From assembly GCA_963575745.1 (NCBI GenBank), contig CAUYUJ010000002.1:2353937-2373936 (forward strand): 20,000 nt of DNA, read 5' to 3'. Below the pieces are notes generated by a model. That model did not search any database, was not told the DNA's origin, and worked only from the letters and a program-made list of their open reading frames with translations. The stretch comes from Prorocentrum cordatum. Its lineage: Eukaryota. A program made the position numbers and the translations under genes. This document shows positions 10,249 through 18,760 of the stretch, in pieces (position 1 is the stretch's first letter; every line of letters begins with the position of its first letter).

Positions 10249-10485
10249 CCTCGCTGGGCGGAAGCAGCTCGACCCCCCCTCCTTCAAGAGGTTGGGGGGG
10301 TCGGCTGCTATTCGTTCCCGTTCCCACCCCCCACCCAAAAGTACCCCTTTAGGGTTTAGGGTTCTTCTACCCCCCTCTCTCCCCCCTTCTCATGGGGGGA
10401 AGGTCTTCGTGGCGGATCATCTTCGGGCGTCAACCAGCTGTCAATCTACCCCCCTTCGCCCCCCTTCGCATGGGGGGGCTAACTG

Positions 10486-10553
<68 letters not shown>
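10486..10553 (+). repeat. (CT)n microsatellite with two interruptions
   Basis: Read directly. Confidence 0.97.
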
Positions 10554-10699
10554 GGAGCGCATCTTGGCTGGAGCTCACACATGGCACCCTCGAAGATTTG
10601 GCGGGTGGGGGAGCGCGAGGGGGCGGGTCTGGCGCCCCCTCGCATTCCATTGTGCGCTACGGACTTCTCTGGTGCCCTTCGCCGGGCTGAGTGGGCAGC

Positions 10700-10908
10700 A
10701 GCGCCTGGAAGCGCCTGGGAGCTCCTTGGAGCGCTTGGGAGCGCCTGGGAGCGCCTGGGAGCGCTTGGGAGCGTTTGGAAACGCTTGGGAGCGCCTGGGA
10801 GCGCCTGGGAGCGCTTGGGAGCGCTTGGGAGCGCCTGGGAGCGCTTGGGAACGCTTGGGAACGCTTGGAGCGCTTGGGAGCGCTTGGCAGCGCTTGGCAG
10901 CGCTTGGC

Positions 10909-10943
<35 letters not shown>

Positions 10944-11842
10944 TTCTTGGGAGCGCTTGGGGGCGCTTGGGAGCGCCTGGGAGCGCTTGGGCGCGCTTGG
11001 GAGCGGGGAGCGCCTGGCACCGCCTGGGAGCGCTTGGGGGCGCTTGGGAGCGCTTGGCAGCGCTTGGGAGCGCTTGAAAGCGCTTGGCAACGCCTGGGAA
11101 CGCTTGGGAGCGCTTGGGAGCGTCTGGGACCGCGTGGGAGCGCTTGGGAGCGCTTGGGAGCGCTTGGAAGCGCTTGGGAGCGCTTGGGAACGCTTGGAGC
11201 TTGGGAGCGCCGGGGAACGCCCCCGGGCGCCAGGGAGCGCCCCGGAGCGCTTGGGAGCGCCTGGGAGCGCTTGGGGCGCCGGCGCGGAGGGGGAGCGCGA
11301 GGGGGCGAGCTTGGCGCCCCTTCGCAAGCGTGGGAGCGCTTGGGAGCGCTTGGGAGCGCCTGGGGGCGCTTGGACGCGGTTGGGAGCGCTTGAGAACGCT
11401 AGGGTGCGCTTGGGATCGCGTGGGAGCGCCTGGGGGCGCGTGGGAGCGCCTGGGAGCGCCTGGGAGCGCTTGGGAGCGCTTGACAATGCCTGGGGGCGCC
11501 TGGGAGCGCTTGCGAGCGCTTTGCAGCGCCGAGGAGCGCCTGGGAACGCTTGGGAGCGCTTGGGGCGCCTGGCAGCGCCTGACAGCGCTTGGGAACGCCC
11601 AGGAGCGCTTGGGAGCGCTTGGAACCGCCTGGGAGCCATTGGGGATCCTGGGAGCGCTCGGGAGCGCTTGGGAACGCTTGGGAGCGCTGGGCAACGCTTG
11701 GGAGCGCATGGGAACGCTTGGGATCGCTTGGCAGCGCTTGGGAGCACCCGGGAGCGCCTGGGAGCGCTTGGCAGCGTTCGGGAGCGCTTGGGAGCGCTTG
11801 GGAGCGCCTGGGAGCGCCTGGGAGCGCCTGCGGGCGCGTGGG

Positions 11843-11876
<34 letters not shown>

Positions 11877-12679
11877 TTGGGGAGCGCCTGGGAGCGCCTA
11901 GGAGCGCTTGGGAGCGCCTGGGGGCGCTTGGGAGCGCTTGTTTCGCTTTCGAAGTTCGGCGCGGAAGACGAGCGCGAGGGGGCGGGCTTGGCGCCCCCTC
12001 GCAACTGCCAAGTGCTCCCAGGCGCTCGCAAGCTTGGGAGCGCTTCGGAGCGCTTGGCAGCGCTTGCGAGCGCTTGGGAGCGCCCGGACGCGCTCCCGGG
12101 CGCCGGGGGGCGCCTGGGAGCGCCTGGGAGCGCTTGGGAGCGCCTGGGAGCGCTTGGGAGCGCTTAGGAGCGCTTGGGAGCGCTTGGGAGCGCTTGGCAG
12201 CGCTTGGGGGCGCTTCGGAGCGCTTGGGAGCTCCCGGGGAGCGCTTGTGAGCGCCTGGGGCCGCCTGGGCCGCCTGGGACTGCATGGGAGCGCCGGGGAG
12301 CGCGCCCGGGCGCCGGGGAGAGCTCCGGGGCGCTTGGGAGCGCTTGGGAGCGCCTGGGAGCGCTTGGGAGCGCTTGGGAACGCTTGGGAGCGCCGGGGGG
12401 CGCCCCGGGCGCCGGGGAGCGCCCCGGAGCGCTCGGGAGCGCCTGGGAGCGCCTGGGAGCGCTTGGGAGCGCCTGGGAGCGCGTGGGAACGCTTGGGAGC
12501 GCCTGGGAGCGCCGGGGAGCGCCTGGGAGCGCTTGGCAGCGCCTGGGAGCGCCTGGGAGCGCTTGGGAGCGCCTGGGAGCGCCTGGGAGCGCTTGGGAGC
12601 GCTTGGGAGCGCTTGGGAGCGCCTGGGAGCGCCTGGGAGCGCGTGGGAGCGCTTGGGAGCGCCTGGGAGCGCTCCCAGG
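10700..12679 (+). repeat. ~2-kb 10-bp minisatellite GGGAGCGC(C/T)T
   Basis: Read directly; ends in the perfect palindrome CCTGGGAGCGCTCCCAGG (12662-12679). Confidence 0.95.
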
Positions 12680-12870
12680 TGAGGTTTATCCTTCCAGGGG
12701 CCAACACGGGAGCCGCCAGAGCACAGGAGTCCAGGGTTCAGGGTTATCTAAGAGCCGAAGCTCAGCGCGTGCGCCGGCCCGATAACGATCTGGGCGCTCG
12801 ACTATCGCTCGCTTTCAGAGCGGACAAGGTTCGACATCGGTGCGCGACCCGTCGAGGGGTCGCGCATCAG

Positions 12871-12912
12871 TTTAGGGTTTAGGGTTTAGGGTTTAGGGTT
12901 TAGGGTTTAGGG
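12871..12912 (+). repeat. Telomeric repeat tract (TTTAGGG)6
   Basis: Six perfect units counted. Confidence 0.98.
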
Positions 12913-13665
12913 CCTGCATTGGCGCATGCGCGCGCTGGCTGCGATCCCCCCCACATCAAGGTTGTTGGGGGGGATCGCTGCCCAAGCCGCGCGCGCTATG
13001 AACTTGCACTCCCGCCCCAGACCACCCACAGTAAAGCCCTTTAGGGTTTAGGGTTTCTCCCCCCAACCCCCCTATCAAGGGGGGCTTTCGTGTTGTGTGC
13101 GAATGCGAATATTCCGCGGGGAGCACGACGACGCGGTTTTGGCATTGCGTTCTTGGTACGCGCGCAAGGCGCTTTGCGCAGGCGCAAGAGCCAGCGTCGT
13201 CGCATGGCCAACAATCTTTGCCGTGGGTTTAGCTGCATTCGGCTGGCTCCCAGTTGGCGCATGGCTTTGCCGAAGAACGGATTCTTCCCCTGCTGGTGTT
13301 CATTGCAATCAGAAGGCACAGGAGAGGCCTCAAGGCCAGGCGTCGCCGCATGAGGTTTTGAATTACGGCGTTGGCCTGTCGCAGACGCAGCGCTGCCCCT
13401 GGTTCCAGTAGGCCTCCTGCATTGGCTTTTGCCGTTGGCCTGGCTGCCCTTGCAGCCGCCGTCGTAGACGGCTGCCGCTGGCGCAGCGCATCCACAGGGG
13501 TCCGCATTTGCCTTCGGCGTTGGAAAGCAGCACTGCGAGGGCGCTGGCGCGGCAATCCCATGGGCCCCCGTGGGCCTCGAGCGAGTAGCCGCGCCGTCGG
13601 GCTCCTCGCTGACGCCGACGCGCACGGCAGTTGCATTCGCCCGCGGCTTTGGGTTTTGCTTTGAG

Positions 13666-14420
13666 GTCGCCCCCGCTGAAGCGATTGCAAGCATCGACGC
13701 AGACGATGTCGACGCGAGCTTCGGAAGGCGGGAGGAGGAGCGCGAGGGGGTGGGTCTGGCACCCCCTCGCTACGATGCGCGTGCATGGTTGCTGCAGCAC
13801 CTCCATGGCAGACCTCTTGAAATGCCTTGGGCGAGCTCTCTGGGAGCGCTGGGGGAGCGCCTCGACCTTTCCCAAGGATGGAAGCACGTGGGAGCGTCTG
13901 GGAGCGCGAGAGGACACGCAGAGTGCACCGCGAGCGCGAGCCGTGAATTGCCCGTTGGGCTTGACCGTTGGCGTCGCCCCCGCTGAAGCGATTGCATTGT
14001 CGACGCAGCCGCCTTCGGCGCGAATGTCGCATGGCTGGAAGGGAAGCGCGAGGGGGTGGGTCTGGCACCCCCTCGCTACGATGCGCGTGCATGGTTGCTG
14101 CAGCACCTCCATGGCAGACCTCTTGGAATGCCTTGGGAGAGCTCTCTGGGAGCGCTGAGAGAGCGCCTCGAGGTTTCCCCAGGATGGAAGCACGTGGGAG
14201 CGTCTGGGAGCGTGACAGGACACGCAGAGTGCACCGCGAGTGCGGGCCGTGGGTTGTCCATTGGGCAGGACCGTTGGCGTCGCCCCCGCTGAAGCGATTG
14301 CATTGTCGACGCAGCCGCCTTCGGCGCGAATGTCGCATGGCTGGAGAGGGAGCGCGAGGGGGTGGGTCTGGCACCCCCTCGCTACGATGCGCGCGCATGG
14401 CTGCGGCAGCACCTGCATGG
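13666..14420 (+). repeat. 306/307-bp tandem repeat, 2 full units plus a partial unit
   Basis: The anchor recurs at 13666, 13973 and 14279. Confidence 0.93.
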
Positions 14421-14479
14421 CGGGGGAGCGCCGGGAAGCGCCTTCAGGGAGCGCTGCCGACTGCTTGCGAATGCATGGA

Positions 14480-15497
14480 AACGCTTGGGAGCGCCATGGG
14501 ACCGCTTGGACTGCTTAAACGCGCTTGGGAGCGCCGGGGAGCGCTTGGGAGCACCTGTGGGAGCTTGGGGGCGCCTGGGAGCGCATGGGAACGCCTGGGA
14601 GCGCTTGGGAGCGTGCTGGGAGCGTGCCGGGAGCGCCTGGGAGCGCGCCGGAGCGCTTGGGAGTGCTTCGGAGCGCTCCGGAGCGCTCGGAGGCGCCAGG
14701 GAGCGCTTGGGAGCGCGCAGGGAGCGCCTGAGCAGGCTGGGAGCGCCTGGGAGCGTGCAGGGAGCGCTTGGGAGTACCTGGGAGCGCTTGGGAGCGCCAG
14801 GGAGCGCCTGGGAGCGCCTGGGACGTGCCGGGAGCGCCTGAGAGCGCCTGGGAGCACCCTCTTCGCTACGTTGCGCGCGCATGGCTGCGGCAGCACCTGC
14901 ATTGCGGGGAAGCGCCGGGAAGCGCCGCCAGGGAGCGCTGCAGAGTGCTTGCGAATGCATGAAAACGCTTGGGAGCGCCATGGGGCCGCTTGGACTTCTT
15001 AAACGCGCTTGGGGAGCGCTTGGGACCACCTGCGGGAGCTTGGGAGCGCATGGGAACGCTTGGGAGCGCTTGGGTGCGTGCTGGAGCGTGCCGGGAGCGC
15101 CTGGGAGCGCGCCGGAGCGCTTGGGAGTGCTTCGGAGCGTCCCGGAGCGCTCGGAAGCGCCAGGGAGCGCGTGGGAGCGCGCAGGGAGCGCCTGAGCAAG
15201 CTGGGAGCGCCTGGGAGCGTGCAGGGAGCGCTTGGGAGTACCTGGGAGCGCTTGGGAGCGCCAGGGAGCGCGTGGGAGCGCCTGGGAGCGTGCCGGGAGC
15301 GCCTGAGAGCGCCTGAGAGCGCCATGCGCCTGGGAGCGCTTGGGAGCGCTTGGGAGCGTGCCGAAAGCGCCGGGGAGCGCTTGGGAGCGCCTGGGAACGC
15401 TTGGGAGCGCCTGGGGAGCGCTTGGGAACGCTTGGGAGCGCCTGGGAGCGCCTGGGAGCGCTTGGGGCGCTTGGGAGCGCCTGGGAGCGCTTGGGAA

Positions 15498-15530
<33 letters not shown>

Positions 15531-15550
15531 TTGGGAGCACCTGGAGCGTG
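14480..15550 (+). repeat. 10-bp minisatellite GGGAGCGC(C/T)T with a ~480-bp higher-order duplication
   Basis: Read directly; mirrors 6850-7925. Confidence 0.92.
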
Positions 15551-15865
15551 CGCCAGCCGAAAGGACGCCGCATGCTGTATTTTCATATGGTTTGCGGCCC
15601 CACGGACGGCCGAAAGGGCGCCGCATGCTGTATTTTCATATGTTTCGAGCCCCAGGGGATGGAACCAATCGCGGGGGAGCCACTGGCTGGGCCTAGGGTT
15701 AAGGGTTCTATTCATCTCTCAGAACTCACGAGGCATCCCCGCGGGGGAGCGCATCCTCCTCAGCGCTACGCGCTTCGTCGGTGCGGCGTGCGCGCATGGG
15801 CGGACTCGCTGATCGCTCGGCCAGGCGCCACGGGCTTCTGACGATGCACCGCCCGTGGCTTGCAG

Positions 15866-15921
15866 TTTAGGGTTTAGGGTTTAGGGTTTAGGGTTTAGGG
15901 TTTAGGGTTTAGGGTTTAGGG
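15866..15921 (+). repeat. Telomeric repeat tract (TTTAGGG)8
   Basis: Eight perfect units counted. Confidence 0.98.
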
Positions 15922-16729
15922 TGTCCTCTGTCAGCGCTTGCTGATCTTCAATCGTGTAAGACCACCCCCACCCATCAAATGGAGTGGGGGTGGGGTAATC
16001 GTGTTGAAGTGATATCATGTTGAGCGGAATCATGTTTCGGCTACGGGGCCAGCTCCCCTTTTCACATTCCCACCCCGCGCCCGTTAGGGCGGCGAGCCAC
16101 CCACGGCTTTCTCTATTAGGGTTTAGGGTTCACTTGTAATCGAGATTCTCTTTCTCTTAGGGGTCCAGGACCCCAATCAGTTTGTCAATCCTTCCTTCTC
16201 ATGTGTACGACATACAGTGCTATGTGTATCACACGGTGGGGTTCGTAGTCGCGCGAGCTCCGTCCTTCGCGAAACGCAGCGACGCGACCCGACGCGTCGG
16301 GTCGAGCTCGCGTCGCTACGCTTCCCCGGGGGCCGCCGCGTGGAGGCGGACGGATATGGCCCCCTGGGTTTCCGCGCAGCTCTGGCCGACCCCTCGCGCG
16401 CGCGGCTGAAAGGTTCCCAGCGACAGCTCGACGGGTCGGCCAAAGCCGCGCGGAAGCCCCCCCCATCGCCGAGCTTCCAGACCAGATGACAAGCATGCAG
16501 AAACTATTCGGTCCTACGACATGTGCAAGTCTATGAGATGCCACTGGGTCCTGCGAGTCTTACGGGTTCCCTCATTCGGCCTCAGAGATCTCTATCGGGT
16601 CTGTGCGTTTCCTCCTCGATTCCCCTGCTTCCTCCTAGACAGATTTTCGGTGGCGCCTGTGCGCGCCGCCACTGCGTTCGGGCCGAGCCCCGCGCGCGCG
16701 CCCGCTAGCGCGCCTGCCGAGCACGCTGC

Positions 16730-18760
16730 TCAGAGGTTGGCCGGGATGAAGTGCTTCTGCTGCAGGTAGCCGACGAACGTCCAGTCCTTGTCATGCTGAA
16801 CGCGGGACAATGCCACGTATCCCGCTGCCTCCACGCCCGGCGTGTCCATCCACAGCGTCATATGCTTCAGGGTATCGCCCTGCACCTTCATGAGGGTGGT
16901 GGCGTACGCAAGTCGCAGCGGGTAGTAAACGTTGCGCCACTCGGGGTTGGTGTAGGGCGGCACCTTGACCATGTGGCCCGTGGTGGTCTTGACCAAGACG
17001 CCCGTGTGGTCCATCATGATCACGCGGCCCTCGATGCCGTTAACGAAGTCGATCTCGGGGCGAATGTTGGCGGTGAAGCCCACGCGCATGCCCTGGTAGA
17101 TCGGGAGGCGCATGTTGTGCCAGCTGACCTGCTTGGTGCCGTAGAAGTTGTCGGGGTTGAACTCAGGGTCGGCGTCGACGGTGCCCAGCGGCTCCTGCTC
17201 CCAGTAGAAGTGCCGCAAGGCTGCCTGGTTGACCCACGCCGCCTTGGCCCTGGAGATCGTGACGAACGTCGTGGTGGGGTGCTCCTCGAAGACCTGGCCG
17301 ATCTCGTACTCCGTGGGCTCCTCGCGCTCCCACCAGCCCACATCCCGATGGCCGGGCGAAGGCGCGCGATGGTCCCTGATGATCTCCACAAGCTGCGGCC
17401 TGCTCGGCGTGGCAGTGCGGAGGAGCTCAAGCCTCTTCTTGAGAATGGGGCACTTGCAGCGGCGCATGATCTTGAGCTCCCTCACGTCGACGTCGGCCCA
17501 GCGCCAGTGCTCGAGGACGCGCGGGCTGTCCATCCAGCGGAGCTGTCGGAAGTCGCCGACGAAGACGAGCGCAGGGCGCCGCGCGGCCGCGTCCCAGAGG
17601 CGCAGGAGGCGCTCAAAGATCCACATCTCGACCATGCTGATCTCCTCGATGACAACGAGGTCGAAGTCCTGCATGCGCTGGAGCGTCTGCTGCTCCGGGA
17701 GGTAGACGTTGAAGGCCCTGTGGATGCTGTCGACGTCGAGGTCGGGCATGTCCTCGCGGTAGCGCGCCACCTGTCGGCGCGTGGGGCAGGCGAGGAGGAC
17801 GCGGGCGCCCTGGGCGATGGCGTCCTGCATGACGACCTTGATGAGGAAGGACTTGCCGCTCCCCGCGGGCCCCAGGACGGCGATGGGGCGCGGGTCCTCG
17901 TCGACGGGCGGGCCGTGGTTGTGCTCCTCGTAGTCGTCGGGCCAGGCGAGCTCCACCGCCCTGTGCCAGCGCCTCGTGATGAGATCGGCGACGGGTATCT
18001 GCTCGGGCTCGAGGGTGGTAATGCGGCCATCGAAGGCGTAGTGGTGTCGCGGCGGCTCGGGGTCTTCCCCGACCACGAGGCGGCCCTCCAGGTAGTCGTC
18101 GACGAGGGTGATGTGCGCCTTGATCATCGCCACGTTGGAATCGATGGTCGGGTCGCGGTGAGCCTCCAGCTGCATGTCGGCGCGCAGCCATGCCTCGCTC
18201 CGCCAAAGGTCAGGGCGGTGGAGAAGGCAGTGGGCGAACAGCCTGTACCCCGTCGGTACGAGCTCCGCGGCATCCTGCCAGAGCTCATCCACGCTGCGGA
18301 AGGGGACGTGGAGGAGCATCCACTGGCCGTAGTACTCGTCGCTGAAGCGAGAGTTGGAGCGCGCCGCCACCAGGACCTCGCCGCGCATGGGCACGCGCGC
18401 GGCCCAGGTCTCCAGGTCGACGTTGGCCACGGAGGGGTCGTTCGCCTTCTGGAGATTGGCGTAGCGCAGGCGGAGCGCTCGGTGTACGCCGCCCCTGCTG
18501 TTGGAGCGCCGCACGTAATCCAGGAGGCTCATGTGGTCGGGTCGCCAGGCGCTGTGCGTGTAGCGCTCGACGACCGCGGGCATCTCCTTGCCCTTCCACG
18601 GCACGGGCACGGGGATATTCTTGACCGTGCCGTGCGTGAGGACCTGGGAGTACTCCGATGCGGCAAGCTGGAGCCACATCTCGGGCTCGAGCGGGTGGAA
18701 CTCCGTGAGGATGCGGCGGCTGATGGCGTAGTCGGAGGCCTCGTCATTGAGCCACTCGGG
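16730..18760 (-). CDS. Helitron RepHel C-terminal part: SF1 PIF1-like DNA helicase
   Basis: Walker A GPAGSGKS (~17849-17872), LACPT, VVIEEISMV (Walker B-like), VFVGDFRQL, IMRRCK, FVNG, YPLRLAYATTLMKVQGDTL and GYVALSRV. The frame extends upstream of the listed Met as PEWLNDEASDYAISRRILTEFHPLEPEM. Confidence 0.93.
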   Translation of the reverse strand, partial: PEWLNDEASDYAISRRILTEFHPLEPEMWLQLAASEYSQVLTHGTVKNIPVPVPWKGKEMPAVVERYTHSAWRPDHMSLLDYVRRSNSRGGVHRALRLRYANLQKANDPSVANVDLETWAARVPMRGEVLVAARSNSRFSDEYYGQWMLLHVPFRSVDELWQDAAELVPTGYRLFAHCLLHRPDLWRSEAWLRADMQLEAHRDPTIDSNVAMIKAHITLVDDYLEGRLVVGEDPEPPRHHYAFDGRITTLEPEQIPVADLITRRWHRAVELAWPDDYEEHNHGPPVDEDPRPIAVLGPAGSGKSFLIKVVMQDAIAQGARVLLACPTRRQVARYREDMPDLDVDSIHRAFNVYLPEQQTLQRMQDFDLVVIEEISMVEMWIFERLLRLWDAAARRPALVFVGDFRQLRWMDSPRVLEHWRWADVDVRELKIMRRCKCPILKKRLELLRTATPSRPQLVEIIRDHRAPSPGHRDVGWWEREEPTEYEIGQVFEEHPTTTFVTISRAKAAWVNQAALRHFYWEQEPLGTVDADPEFNPDNFYGTKQVSWHNMRLPIYQGMRVGFTANIRPEIDFVNGIEGRVIMMDHTGVLVKTTTGHMVKVPPYTNPEWRNVYYPLRLAYATTLMKVQGDTLKHMTLWMDTPGVEAAGYVALSRVQHDKDWTFVGYLQQKHFIPANL

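Larger units (their letters stand above)
10249..12870 (-). mobile_element. Non-coding module C, a different subfamily with the same architecture but different terminal sequence
   Basis: Left hairpin 10263-10309 with TCAA at the apex; (TTTAGGG)2 at 10348-10361; same minisatellite and internal hairpin; terminal hairpin 12841-12866 followed by TCAG and a telomeric tract. Confidence 0.65.
12913..15865 (-). mobile_element. Non-coding module A2, second copy of module A
   Basis: Collinear with 4978-8239, with scattered substitutions and one fewer 307-bp unit; (TTTAGGG)2 at 13040-13053; hairpins at 12941-12978 and 15827-15859. Confidence 0.7.

Noticed and set aside
6449..15841. Many long overlapping ORFs with AWERLGAPGS or KRSQALPGAP repeats
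   Set aside because: These are translations of a stop-poor 10-bp minisatellite, open in several frames on both strands, with frames not conserved between copies.
4922..15921. Telomeric tracts as true chromosome ends or a fusion site
   Set aside because: All tracts are short, internal and in the same orientation, with no head-to-head TTTAGGG/CCCTAAA junction. A subtelomeric location remains possible.
16426..16437. 12-bp CTCGACGGGTCG matching the reverse complement of part of the module C end hairpin
   Set aside because: A short CG-rich match at a non-equivalent position, probably chance.
16730..18760. Host PIF1, bacterial RecD, or RecQ-type telomere-linked helicase
   Set aside because: It is intronless and directly downstream of Helitron Rep motifs, and its motifs are SF1/PIF1, not RecQ.
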